DNA of 64,000 nt from Mycobacteriales bacterium (GCA_035695045.1 DASSEX010000085.1:6440-70439), one strand, 5' to 3'. Counted from the first letter of the stretch, positions 1-8,927 are shown. Translations and numbers: made by a program. Notes: generated by a model not told the origin, from the letters alone.

Positions 1-1
1 G

Positions 2-301
2 GGTGCGTCCGGCTACCGGCCGTTCGCGGTCGCTCTCGGAACGGTCAGCCTCTACCTCGCCGTTCTCGTCGGCGGGTCGGCCGCCCTGGCCGGACGACTG
101 ACCGGCCGGGCATGGCGGCCGATACACGGCGTCGCGTCGTTCGTCTTCGCCCTCGGCTGGACGCACGGCCTGCTGGCCGGCAGCGACACCCCGCGGTTGC
201 GCTTCATGTACGCCGTCACCGGTGGGCTCGTCGCCCTCCTCGTCGTCACCCGGCGGTTGGTGCCGACGTCCGCCTATGTCACGGAAAGGCATGCGACATG
301 A
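2..301 (+). CDS. Ferric-reductase/YedZ-like heme-binding membrane protein, C-terminal fragment (5' end off-window)
   Basis: Frame 2 is open from the window edge. It translates to GASGYRPFAVALGTVSLYLAVLVGG..PIHGVASFVFALGWTHGLLAG..YAVTGGLVALLVVTRR: successive hydrophobic helices with conserved His. TGA 299-301 overlaps the next ATG (ATGA). Not in the ORF track because no start lies in the window. Confidence 0.45.
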   Translation, partial: GASGYRPFAVALGTVSLYLAVLVGGSAALAGRLTGRAWRPIHGVASFVFALGWTHGLLAGSDTPRLRFMYAVTGGLVALLVVTRRLVPTSAYVTERHAT

Positions 302-540
302 CGGATGAAGGGCATGAGTCGCTGGCCGTCGACATGGTGAAGTGCGACGGCCACGGCATCTGCGCATGGCTGTTTCCGGAGCGGGTCGGGCTCGACGACT
401 GGGGTTATGCGTGGGTCGACCCGACGGAGATCCGCACCTCGCGGCAACGACGGGCGGCGCGGGCGGCGGTGCGTGCGTGCCCGCGACGTGCGCTGTCTCT
501 CATACAGAGCGTCACTCCAACGCATAGCGTGGTCCGGTGA
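298..540 (+). CDS. Small ferredoxin
   Basis: Internal ATG of ORF 112..540. MTDEGHESLAVDMVKCDGHGICAWLFPE...AVRACPRRAL shows the C-x2-G-x-C ... CP single-cluster ferredoxin pattern. The upstream part of the track ORF is Arg-rich and overlaps the previous CDS. Confidence 0.75.
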   Translation: MTDEGHESLAVDMVKCDGHGICAWLFPERVGLDDWGYAWVDPTEIRTSRQRRAARAAVRACPRRALSLIQSVTPTHSVVR

Positions 541-890
541 GATCCGGCGGGACGGACGCGGCGTATGCCGCTCGCCTGTGGTGGACGGTGCCGCTCGGTC
601 TCGTCCTCCTGACGGCGGTCGTCTTCGTGGCCGTCGTACTGCCGGCCCTGGCCAGTGGACCGGGTGTGCCGTCGCAGCTGGTCGTGAACCCCGCGCCGTC
701 AGCGGCCGACACGACGACGCAGAGTCCGCGTGCGGCGTCGACGACTCGGCAGAAGAAGACGAAGCCGTCGCCGACGCCGACGTCCTCCGCGACCGTGGTC
801 GTACCGGCTGTCCAACCGGTCGTGCGTGAGAGCGGGGATCGCCACGACGACGGCAGCGGCAGTGCATCGGGGGAACCCAGGGATCGATGA
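537..890 (+). CDS. Membrane-anchored Pro/Thr/Ser-rich hypothetical protein
   Basis: GTGA overlap with the ferredoxin stop and ATGA overlap with the kinase start. One clear TM helix (WWTVPLGLVLLTAVVFVAVVLPAL) followed by a low-complexity tail. Confidence 0.5.
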   Translation: MRSGGTDAAYAARLWWTVPLGLVLLTAVVFVAVVLPALASGPGVPSQLVVNPAPSAADTTTQSPRAASTTRQKKTKPSPTPTSSATVVVPAVQPVVRESGDRHDDGSGSASGEPRDR

Positions 891-2347
891 CCGGGCCGAG
901 GGGGTTTCGTCGGCTGCGGTGGGGGACCGCCGCTCGGCTGGCAGCCTTCGTCGCGCTGATGCTGGCGGTCATCATCGGCCTGGCGCTCTTCGGCTTGCTG
1001 CGGACGTTCCGCGCACAGTCCGATGCCTCCACGACACGCTCGCTCGTCCTGGAGCTGCAGGCATTCCGCGACGCCGCCGGGGTGCGGCCCGCCGGGCAGA
1101 GACTGTCGGCGTTCAGCGAGAGCTATCTGAGCAGCCGCGTGCTTCCCAGCGGGGAGTCACTCGCGGTGCTGCTTCCCGATGGTGCGCTGATCGGGAGCGC
1201 AGGGTCGGGTCCGCTCCTGTCGTCGCCGGCACTGAGGACCTGGAGCAGGACACCTCCCGCGGCCGGACTCAGCAAGCAGCTGGTCGTCCGGAAACACACC
1301 TATCTCGCGACCGCGGTGCCGTTGGTCGTCGGCGGCGCGCCGGCAGCGACGCTCGTCGCCGCTGCCGACCTCGACAGTGCTCACGAGGACCTCGGGCGGG
1401 TCCGGGACCTCGCGATCGGCGAGGCGGCCATCGCCCTCGCCGCCGCGGTCGCCGGCAGCTATGTGATGCTGCGACGGCTGCTCGGGCGGGTGGGGCGGAT
1501 CACGGACACGGCGTCCGACATCGCAGCAGGTGCCCTGGACCGCAGGCTGCACGACCCGAACGACACCGACGAGGTCGGGCGGCTCGCCGCCACCTTCGAC
1601 GTGATGGCGGACAAGCTGTCGGCGGCGATGGCGGCGCAGCGGCGACTCCTCTCCGATGTGTCGCACCAGCTGCGCACGCCGCTCACGGTCGCCCGCGGCC
1701 ATCTCGAGGTGCTCGAGCGGACGGATGCCGAAGACCCCGCCGCGGTGCGCGCGACCGTCCACCTCGTGGTCGACGAGATCGATCACATGAAGGCACTCGT
1801 CGAGCAGCTACTGATGCTCGGTCACGCTCTGGAACCCGACTTCCTCTCGATCGAGCCCGTCGACCTCCGCAGCTTCTGCCGCGATCTCGTCGAGACCACC
1901 CGCGTCATCGCTCCTCGTCGCTGGGAGCTCTCCGAGGTGCCGGACGTGGTGCTCCGCGTCGATGCAGCGAAGCTTCGCGGCGCACTGCTCAACCTCATCG
2001 ACAACGCGGTCCGCGCGACCCGAGAGGGCGACATCATCGCGGTCGCCGCCCACCGCGACGAGTTCGGACGCACGACACTGTCGGTCGACGACAGCGGTCC
2101 GGGCATCCCGCCGCAGCGCCGCACGACGGTGCTCGGGCGGTTCGCCCGACCCGGCGCCGCCGACTCCGAGGGAAGCGGTCTCGGCCTGGCCATCGCCCAG
2201 GCGGTCGCACGCGCGCACGGCGGAGACCTCTTCATCGGTGACAGCCCGCAAGGTGGATGTCGGGTGTCGATCGTGCTGCCGCCGTCGTCGACCGTCGACG
2301 TGCACGCCGATGCACCCGACGAGCCGGAGCCGCAATGCGTGTCCTAG
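887..2347 (+). CDS. Sensor histidine kinase (2 TM, HAMP, HisKA, HATPase_c)
   Basis: H-box SHQLRTPL, N-box NLIDNAVRAT, G1 DDSGPGIP, G2 GSGLGLAIA. HAMP-like segment DEVGRLAATFDVMADKL. Confidence 0.9.
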   Translation: MTGPRGFRRLRWGTAARLAAFVALMLAVIIGLALFGLLRTFRAQSDASTTRSLVLELQAFRDAAGVRPAGQRLSAFSESYLSSRVLPSGESLAVLLPDGALIGSAGSGPLLSSPALRTWSRTPPAAGLSKQLVVRKHTYLATAVPLVVGGAPAATLVAAADLDSAHEDLGRVRDLAIGEAAIALAAAVAGSYVMLRRLLGRVGRITDTASDIAAGALDRRLHDPNDTDEVGRLAATFDVMADKLSAAMAAQRRLLSDVSHQLRTPLTVARGHLEVLERTDAEDPAAVRATVHLVVDEIDHMKALVEQLLMLGHALEPDFLSIEPVDLRSFCRDLVETTRVIAPRRWELSEVPDVVLRVDAAKLRGALLNLIDNAVRATREGDIIAVAAHRDEFGRTTLSVDDSGPGIPPQRRTTVLGRFARPGAADSEGSGLGLAIAQAVARAHGGDLFIGDSPQGGCRVSIVLPPSSTVDVHADAPDEPEPQCVS

Positions 2348-3012
2348 TCATCGAGGACGACGAGCGCATCGTGTCCTTCCTCGACAAGGGCCTCACGGCA
2401 GAGGGCCACTCGGTCACGTGCGCGACCACGGCGACCGAAGCCGAAGCCGCACTGGACCTGTACGGCGACACCGTCGATCTCGTGCTGCTCGACCTCGGGC
2501 TCCCGGCCGGTGACGGCGAGGACATCCTGCGCCGGCTGCGGCGGCGAGGCTCGGCGGTGCCGGTCATCGTGCTCACCGCGCGCGCCGAGGTCAGCGACCG
2601 CGTACGTGGGCTGGACGCGGGCGCCAACGACTACCTGACCAAGCCCTTCGCCTTCGAGGAGCTGCTCGCTCGGATGCGCGCGGTGCGTCGTACGGTCGAG
2701 GCACCCACGAGCAACGAGCTGATCGTGGGTGATCTCCGGCTGGACACGTCGACGAAGGTCGCCTGGCGGGCCGGGAGGCGCATCGACCTCGCACCGCGCG
2801 AGTGGGCGCTGCTCGAGCTGTTCATGCACGCGCCCACCAAGCTGTTCACTCGCGCGCACATCCTCAACAAGGTGTGGCAGTACGACCTCGACCCGGGCAC
2901 GAACGTCGTGGACGTCTACGTCGGGTATCTCCGCAAGAAGCTCAACCGGCCCGGCCTTGAGCCGTTGATCCACACCGTGCGGGGCGCGGGCTACCGGCTG
3001 ATCGACCCGTGA
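2335..3012 (+). CDS. OmpR/PhoB-family response regulator
   Basis: Internal ATG (MRVLVIEDDERIV). Receiver Asp in DLVLLDLGLPAGDG, KPF motif, winged-helix C-terminus (LAPREWALLELF...VRGAGYRL). 13-nt overlap with the kinase gene. Confidence 0.92.
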   Translation: MRVLVIEDDERIVSFLDKGLTAEGHSVTCATTATEAEAALDLYGDTVDLVLLDLGLPAGDGEDILRRLRRRGSAVPVIVLTARAEVSDRVRGLDAGANDYLTKPFAFEELLARMRAVRRTVEAPTSNELIVGDLRLDTSTKVAWRAGRRIDLAPREWALLELFMHAPTKLFTRAHILNKVWQYDLDPGTNVVDVYVGYLRKKLNRPGLEPLIHTVRGAGYRLIDP

Positions 3013-4294
3013 CGGGGATGGGCAGCACCGCAGGATGATCGCGCAACGGGCACTTCCCGCGTCGATGCGTGGCCAGATGTCCGGCGAACGTGACCTGGGC
3101 CGACCTGAGGAACCGCAGGCTGCCGTCCGGGTGGTGGCAGCCGCCGCGGCGCTCGAGCAGGTCCGGTAGCTCCGCCAGTCGTCGGCGGTGTCGCCCGCCG
3201 GGCCGGCGGCCCGTGACCTGGCGGTACGACGCCGCGAGGGCCGGAAGCCCGAAGACGCACGGTCCGCACTGGCCGGCCGACGAAGCGGCGAGGTAGTCGA
3301 GGACGCGCGCCACCTCGGCGGGACCGCACACGTCCGCCGGCAGCACGACGACGACGCCGGCACCGACCGACAGTCCGCACGGTCGGAGCGCCTCGTTGGA
3401 CATGCTCAGCATCCGCGCGGTCTCCCACGGTGCCCAGCTCCCGTGGTAGCCGCCGAGAAGGACCGCTTGCGGATGCGCGGACAGGCCGCCGGCCAGCTCG
3501 AGGAGCTCGACGAGCGGCGTGCCGACAGGAGCCTCGACGACACCTGGGTCGTGCACCGCGCCGGTGACGGTGAAGAGCATCGTGCCCGGCTGGGCGGGGG
3601 GTCCCAACCGACGAAACTCCGCGGCACCGGCGCGGGCGATATAGGCGACATGTGCAAGCGTCTCGACGTTCTGGACCAACGTCGGCCGTCCGAACGCGCC
3701 GCACTCGAAGACGCGTGGTGGCTTCGAGCGGGGCACCGCCGGGCCGCCACTGATGCGGGAGACGACGGACGACTCCTCGCCGGACACGAACGCCGGCGGC
3801 GCGGTCACGAGCTCGACCCGGCAGGGATCCGCGTGGCTCGTCTCGCGCTCGGCGAGTGCGCGGATGGCCGCGGCGATGAGGTCGGGCGCGTCGTGGACGT
3901 AGAGGAACGCGCGGTCGGCGGCGACGAGCTGGGCCGCGAGCTGCAGGCCGTCCAGCACGAGGTGCGGGTTGACGGCGAGCAACGTCTTGTCCTTGTTGCT
4001 CGCCGGCTCACCCTCTGCACCGTTTGCGACGACGATGCGAGGTCCCTGACCGGCGAGCACGCCGCGCATCTTGAGGTGGGTGGGGAACCCGGCGCCGCCG
4101 CGACCGGTGAGGCCCGCTGCCTCGAGCTCGTCGAGCAGATGCTCAGGTGCGGTCACCGGGTGAGAGCGCTCGTAGGGCCGGAGCAGTCGGAGCTGCTCGG
4201 CGTGACCGCCGAGGGTCTCCAGTCCTGCGCTCATGAGGTCAGCATCGGCAGCGGAGGTGAGCCACCACTGAGAGCCCAGTGAGAGTTCTCTCAT
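2942..4294 (-). CDS. NuoF-like NADH-binding flavoprotein with 4Fe-4S region (stand-alone)
   Basis: GLTGRGGAGFPTHLK glycine-rich motif, SAGQCGPCVFG ... RGGCHHPDG Fe-S cysteines. Start taken at MRELSLG (4294); 4234 is an alternative. The 3' end overlaps the response-regulator gene convergently. Confidence 0.8.
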   Translation of the reverse strand: MRELSLGSQWWLTSAADADLMSAGLETLGGHAEQLRLLRPYERSHPVTAPEHLLDELEAAGLTGRGGAGFPTHLKMRGVLAGQGPRIVVANGAEGEPASNKDKTLLAVNPHLVLDGLQLAAQLVAADRAFLYVHDAPDLIAAAIRALAERETSHADPCRVELVTAPPAFVSGEESSVVSRISGGPAVPRSKPPRVFECGAFGRPTLVQNVETLAHVAYIARAGAAEFRRLGPPAQPGTMLFTVTGAVHDPGVVEAPVGTPLVELLELAGGLSAHPQAVLLGGYHGSWAPWETARMLSMSNEALRPCGLSVGAGVVVVLPADVCGPAEVARVLDYLAASSAGQCGPCVFGLPALAASYRQVTGRRPGGRHRRRLAELPDLLERRGGCHHPDGSLRFLRSAQVTFAGHLATHRRGKCPLRDHPAVLPIPVTGRSAGSPRPARCGSTAQGRAG

Positions 4295-4359
4295 GGGGGT
4301 CTCGATCAGTGACCATCGGCCCTGTTGCTCGCCGCCTGCCGCAGCCGAGCATTTCTCGC

Positions 4360-5028
4360 ATGACGACGATCGCGCCGGTGGACGCCGCCACGCTCTACCG
4401 CGCACGGGCCGGACGGGTGGACTTCGTCGACGTGGGGACGGCGACGTTCCTCGTCGTCGACGGCTCGGGAGACCCGGGCGGCACGGAGTTCGCGGCTGCA
4501 CTCTCGGCGCTCTTCCCGGTGGCCTATGCCCTCCGGTTCGCGTTGCGGGAGCGCGGCGTGGACGAGAAGGTCTCGCCCCTCGAGGCGCTGTGGTGGAGCC
4601 CGAGCCCCGTCTCCGACTTCGCGGCCGCGTCGGCCGCCGGGGGCTTCACCGCCCGGCAGAAGCAGGCGTGGCGGTGGCAGGCGATGATCCGGGTGCCACA
4701 GGCCGCTGACGAGGCGTTCGTCGTGCAGACGGCGCGCGCGACCGAGCGCCGGCGACCGGAGCTCGCCGGAGCGATCGACCGGGTTCGCTACCTCACGTGG
4801 ACCGAGGGCCGGGCGGCGCAGACGCTGCATGTGGGTCCCTACTCGGAGGAGCTGCGGACCGTCCAGGCGTTGCACGCGGCCATCGCCGCGGCGGGTTGCC
4901 GCCCGCGGGGCCGTCACCACGAGATCTACCTGTCGGATCCGCGCCGTTGCGCGCCGGAGCGCCTGCGGACGATCTTGCGTCAGCCGGTCGAGCAGTCGTC
5001 CACAGGAGTTTTCCCGGGCCAGGCGTAA
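4360..5028 (+). CDS. GyrI-like small-molecule-binding domain protein
   Basis: Internal ATG (MTTIAPVD). FLVVDGSGDPGG..., LEALWW, HVGPYSEE..., HHEIYLSDPRR are typical of the GyrI-like/SOUL fold family. Confidence 0.75.
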   Translation: MTTIAPVDAATLYRARAGRVDFVDVGTATFLVVDGSGDPGGTEFAAALSALFPVAYALRFALRERGVDEKVSPLEALWWSPSPVSDFAAASAAGGFTARQKQAWRWQAMIRVPQAADEAFVVQTARATERRRPELAGAIDRVRYLTWTEGRAAQTLHVGPYSEELRTVQALHAAIAAAGCRPRGRHHEIYLSDPRRCAPERLRTILRQPVEQSSTGVFPGQA

Positions 5029-5046
5029 CGGGACCAAGGTCCCGTC
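5027..5046. promoter_or_regulatory. DosR/DevR-type operator-like palindrome (perfect)
   Basis: AACGGGACCAAGGTCCCGTC. The GGGACC/GGTCCC arms are perfect. It overlaps the TAA of the GyrI-like gene, and its centre is 44.5 nt upstream of ATG 5081. Confidence 0.6.
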
Positions 5047-5080
5047 CGCTTTGCGATCAGCGGAGAGGAAGTGGTGCGAA

Positions 5081-6550
5081 ATGTCCGCGCCGCTGGTGGA
5101 CGGGTGGGCAGCCGCCGTCGAGACACACACGGCAGCGCTGTACTTCGCCGGTGACCACGTCCTGAAGGTCAAGAAGCCGGTGTCCCTGGGCTTCCTCGAC
5201 TTCAGCTCGATCGAGGCACGCCGGGCGGCCTGCGCCGACGAGGTCAGGCTCAACCGTCGTCTCGCGCCGGACGTCTACCTGGGCGTCTCCGACATCGTGG
5301 TCGACGGCGCTGCCGTCGAGCACGGCGTGCTCATGCGCCGGCTTCCGCTGGACCGGTCGCTCTCCGCGCTCGTCGCCCGTGGCGTCCCATCGCTGGCGGA
5401 CGACGTCATCCGCCTCGCGCGCCTCTTCGCCGCCTTCCACGAGCATGCTCCGGTGGTGGGACGCGACGTCGCCGTCGACATCTGGACCCACCCGGGGCAG
5501 CTGTGGCGCGACAACGTCGCACAGGCGAGTGCGCTGTCTCCCGACGAGCTCCCGACCGAGGACCTCGACGCCGCCGAGTGGCTGGCCCAGCGCTACGTGG
5601 AGGGCCGGTCGGCGCTCTTCCGTGACCGCCTGAGTGCTGGGCTGGTGCGAGAAGGACACGGCGACCTGCTCGCGGACGACGTCTTCCTGCTCGCCGACGA
5701 ACCGCGGGTCCTCGACTGCCTCGAGTTCGACCAGCGGCTGCGCGTCGCCGACGTGCTTCTCGATGTCGCCTCTCTGGTGATGGATCTGGAGCGGCTGGGA
5801 CGGCCCGACCTCGGTCGGCTCTTCATGGACAAGTACGCCGCCGAAGCGGGTGAGAACCATCCGACGACGCTGGAGCACTTCTACATCGCGCATCGCGCAC
5901 TCGTCCGGGCCAAGGTCGCGGCGATCCGCGCCCAGCAGCTGAACGTGACGACGCGGGTGCCGCGCGACCTCCTCGCGATGTGCATCCGGCACCTTCAGTC
6001 GGCGCAGGTGCGGCTCGTGGTCGTCGGCGGTCTTCCGGGAGCAGGCAAGTCGACGATGTCGGCGCTTCTCGCGGGCCGGCTACCGGCCACCGTGGTGAGC
6101 TCGGACGCCGTGCGCTGGGAGCTGGCGCCGACCGGCGGCCCGGCGGCGTACGGCGCCGGTCGCTACTCGCCGGCCGTGACCAACCGCGTGTACGACGAGA
6201 TGATGCGTCGCGCTGCGGACCGGTTGGCGCACGGTGAGCACGTCGTCCTCGACGCCACTTTCGCCACGGACGCGCATCGCGCTGCGGCCCGTGAGGTCGC
6301 CCGGCGGCACGCCGCCGACCTGACGGAGATGTGCGTGGTCGTGGACGACGCGACGGCCGCACAACGCATCGCCGAGCGCGCCCGCGGTCTGGGCAGGTCG
6401 GAGGCCGACGTCGACGTCAGGAATCGGCTGCGTGCGCAGTTCGCGCCGTGGCCCGAGGCCTCGGTCGTCGACACCGACGCGGATGGTGCCGCCGGTGTCG
6501 TGGGCGCCGTTGCCGCCGCGTGCGGCGCGCCGCGCTCGTGGCCTGAGTGA
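5081..6550 (+). CDS. Bifunctional aminoglycoside-phosphotransferase-like / P-loop ATP-binding protein (Rv2004c-like)
   Basis: RBS GGAGAGGAA lies 10 nt upstream of ATG 5081. Kinase-like HGDLLADDVF in the N-terminal half, P-loop GGLPGAGKST in the C-terminal half. Confidence 0.8.
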   Translation: MSAPLVDGWAAAVETHTAALYFAGDHVLKVKKPVSLGFLDFSSIEARRAACADEVRLNRRLAPDVYLGVSDIVVDGAAVEHGVLMRRLPLDRSLSALVARGVPSLADDVIRLARLFAAFHEHAPVVGRDVAVDIWTHPGQLWRDNVAQASALSPDELPTEDLDAAEWLAQRYVEGRSALFRDRLSAGLVREGHGDLLADDVFLLADEPRVLDCLEFDQRLRVADVLLDVASLVMDLERLGRPDLGRLFMDKYAAEAGENHPTTLEHFYIAHRALVRAKVAAIRAQQLNVTTRVPRDLLAMCIRHLQSAQVRLVVVGGLPGAGKSTMSALLAGRLPATVVSSDAVRWELAPTGGPAAYGAGRYSPAVTNRVYDEMMRRAADRLAHGEHVVLDATFATDAHRAAAREVARRHAADLTEMCVVVDDATAAQRIAERARGLGRSEADVDVRNRLRAQFAPWPEASVVDTDADGAAGVVGAVAAACGAPRSWPE

Positions 6551-6570
6551 ACCCTCGGCCGGGTCCGATC

Positions 6571-7608
6571 TCAGACGAACCGTCGGACGGCGACCAGTCC
6601 GGTCACCGCACCGACCGAGGTCGTCCCGACGAATGCGCCGGTGTGCGGTGCATGAAGCAGTAGGTCGCCGCCGGCGTAGAACCCGACGTGGTCGATCGTC
6701 GTACCGTGCCGGAAGAACATCAGGTCACTCGACCGCTGCGCTCCGATGGCGATCGCGCGTCCCCGCCTCGCCTGGTCGTCGGCGTCCCGCGGAAGCCGCA
6801 CACCGTGCACGCCGTACACGATGTTGGTGAAGCCCGAGCAGTCGACCGCCCAGCCCGAACGACCGCCCCAGAGATAAGGCGTGCCGACGAACAGCCGTGC
6901 CGAGGCCATGACGGACGCAGCGGTCAGCGGAAGCGCACGCGATGAGATCAGCCGGCGGACGATGTCGGTGTTCGCGATCGTCCGCCGCCCGCCGGTCGGT
7001 GTGTAGACGGTGGTCCGGGTGGTGCCGACGGACTGCACGGGCAGTCGGGTGCCGAAGCTCACCCGGATGGCGAGCGAACCGGTGGTCGTGCGCAGGTTCG
7101 CCAGGCGACGCACGACGGTGGCGACGTACGACGTCGAGACGGGTCGATGTGTCGTGACCTGACGCAGCGGGACCCAGCCGGGGTACCCACGGCTGTCGCG
7201 ATGTGTCGGTTGCGTCACTGCGACCACGTGCAGCCATCCGGTGCGCACGCCGGTGACGAGCAGCCGTTCTCCGTAGAGCGACTGCGTCTCGACCCGACCG
7301 ACGAGTCCCCGTCGTTGCGTCGTGGACATGGCGTTGAGCCAGCTCGCGATGTGCACCGGATTGCTCAGCGCGGGGGCATCGACCGGTCGCGGCGACGACG
7401 GCAGGACCCAGAGGGTCGCCACCGCGACGTTGACCCAGACCGACTGTCCGACCACTGCCGTGGTCGCCGCCGGCGCGAGCGCATCCGGTCGCGGCGTCGT
7501 CCGCGGCCCCTCGGATGTCGCGGTCGGCGCACAGGCACCCAAGAGCGCGAGGGAGACACCGGTTGCGACGAGGGTCGCGCGCCACGTGCGCGCAATGCGC
7601 CCCAACAT
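6571..7608 (-). CDS. NlpC/P60 cell-wall peptidase lipoprotein with SH3-like repeats
   Basis: Lipobox LALLGAC. Catalytic Cys in WAVDCSGFTNIVY and His in IDHVGFYAGG. Start trimmed to MLGRIARTW. Confidence 0.88.
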   Translation of the reverse strand: MLGRIARTWRATLVATGVSLALLGACAPTATSEGPRTTPRPDALAPAATTAVVGQSVWVNVAVATLWVLPSSPRPVDAPALSNPVHIASWLNAMSTTQRRGLVGRVETQSLYGERLLVTGVRTGWLHVVAVTQPTHRDSRGYPGWVPLRQVTTHRPVSTSYVATVVRRLANLRTTTGSLAIRVSFGTRLPVQSVGTTRTTVYTPTGGRRTIANTDIVRRLISSRALPLTAASVMASARLFVGTPYLWGGRSGWAVDCSGFTNIVYGVHGVRLPRDADDQARRGRAIAIGAQRSSDLMFFRHGTTIDHVGFYAGGDLLLHAPHTGAFVGTTSVGAVTGLVAVRRFV

Positions 7609-7799
7609 GCCACGATCCTGCGCCGCCGGCGTGCGCGCCGACACCCGGCGTTGGTCACGGACGCCGAGGCCGAAGGTCACGAGCTCTGCGGCGCAGGTCT
7701 TTCGACTCTGGACCGCTCTCGCGCCCGGCTCGACGCTTGCCGCGCCGACACGACATCGGTGTCCAGGCTGCGATGTCGTCGGCACGGAGGTGCATGGCC

Positions 7800-8222
7800 A
7801 TGGTCGGCCGGAAAGCCCTACGCCGTGACCTGCTCGCCATGCTGTGGGTGGCTGTCGCGCTCGGCTTCTACGTCGTCAGTCTCGCGGTGACGATTCCCGG
7901 GTTCGGCAGTCCGCGTGCCGTGGCGGCTCTGATGCTGCTGCTGGGCGTGTTCGGGTGCGTCTCGGGCGCGGACACAGCGGCCATGACCAGTCACGGGGTG
8001 GCGACGCCCGCCGCCGCCGCTCTTCGGGTCGGCGGTGTCCTCGTCCTGGTCGTCGGTGTCGCTGCTGTGCTCACCGGATCAGCCGCGGCACTTGCCGGTC
8101 TCGCAGCCGGCATCGGCGTCATGTGGCTGGCGACCACGACTCGGCACCTCTTCGGCGCAACTGCTCCACGAAGTAGTCATGAGGCGCAACGTGCACGTGT
8201 GCGCGTGGGCGCCGGTCGTTGA
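7800..8222 (+). CDS. Hypothetical integral membrane protein
   Basis: GGAGG lies 9 nt upstream of ATG 7800. About four hydrophobic helices (LLAMLWVAVALGFYVV..., AALMLLLGVFGCV..., VLVLVVGVAAVL..., LAGLAAGIGVMWL). No family recognised. Confidence 0.45.
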   Translation: MVGRKALRRDLLAMLWVAVALGFYVVSLAVTIPGFGSPRAVAALMLLLGVFGCVSGADTAAMTSHGVATPAAAALRVGGVLVLVVGVAAVLTGSAAALAGLAAGIGVMWLATTTRHLFGATAPRSSHEAQRARVRVGAGR

Positions 8223-8242
8223 GTGAACAGAGAGGACGGATC

Positions 8243-8674
8243 ATGAGAATCGCGCGCATCGCCACAGCCGCTGCTGTCGCTGCACTCGCTGTCACGGGGG
8301 TGTCGGCCGCGCCCGCCGCAGCGACTCCGGACCAGACCTTCCACGGGACCTTCACCCAGGTCGTCTACACGCCGGAGACAGGGCCGGCGACCACGTCACC
8401 CGCGAGTGGGACGTGGAACGTCGCGATCCATCACGGCACGCTCGCCACGGCGACGTTCAACATCTTCGTCGACGGTGTGCACCACCTCGCCTACGGCGTG
8501 CCCCGCCAAGCGGTCGACACGAGCACGTCCGGGTGGGCATTCAGCTTCCCGACGCTTGCCGGCACGCTGACGGTCTCGCTCGATGGCAGCACGCTGTCCT
8601 ATGACATCCCCGACTACTCCTACTACGGGAGTTCTTACGCGGACGTCACGTACTTCGGCACCCTGGGGCGCTGA
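8243..8674 (+). CDS. Secreted hypothetical protein
   Basis: RBS AGAGGACGG, signal peptide MRIARIATAAAVAALAVTGVSAAPAAA, then a beta-rich mature part. No family recognised. Confidence 0.55.
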   Translation: MRIARIATAAAVAALAVTGVSAAPAAATPDQTFHGTFTQVVYTPETGPATTSPASGTWNVAIHHGTLATATFNIFVDGVHHLAYGVPRQAVDTSTSGWAFSFPTLAGTLTVSLDGSTLSYDIPDYSYYGSSYADVTYFGTLGR

Positions 8675-8690
8675 TCTGCAGCGTCGTCCT

Positions 8691-8927
8691 TCAGGCCACG
8701 GAGTGACTCGGCACGCGAGCGGCAAGGCGCAAGCGAGCCGAGGCCTCCGTGGCAGGGACGAGACCACGCCGGACACCGCTCCGCAGGAGGTGTTCCCGGC
8801 TGAGGGACACGCAGTCGATGACGCGAGCGGCAGCGATCCTGCCGGCGTACTCAGCGATGAGCCTCTGGGTCATCGCCAGCATCTCGGCATGAGTGGCGTG
8901 CCGGTCGAAGGAGTTGTCCACGTGCAT
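8691..8927 (-). CDS. Small conserved hypothetical (three-helix-bundle dimerisation-domain-like)
   Basis: RBS GGGTGGAG precedes ATG 8927. MHVDNSFDRHATHAEMLAMTQRLIAEYAGRIAAARVIDCVSLSREHLLRSGVRRGL is helical and resembles small actinobacterial three-helix proteins. The assignment is tentative. Confidence 0.5.
   Translation of the reverse strand: MHVDNSFDRHATHAEMLAMTQRLIAEYAGRIAAARVIDCVSLSREHLLRSGVRRGLVPATEASARLRLAARVPSHSVA

Noticed and set aside
730-2241. Long ORFs such as 730..2241(+), 274..1032(-), 10857..12128(-), 13051..14454(+), 13913..15397(-), 16016..17398(-), 22116..23675(+), 25936..27453(-), 41869..43302(-), 50624..52012(-), 61126..62634(-)
   Set aside because: Their translations are Arg/Pro/Gly/Ala-rich low complexity with no motifs. 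They lie antisense or out of frame to CDS that carry unambiguous family signatures. These are typical shadow ORFs of very GC-rich DNA.
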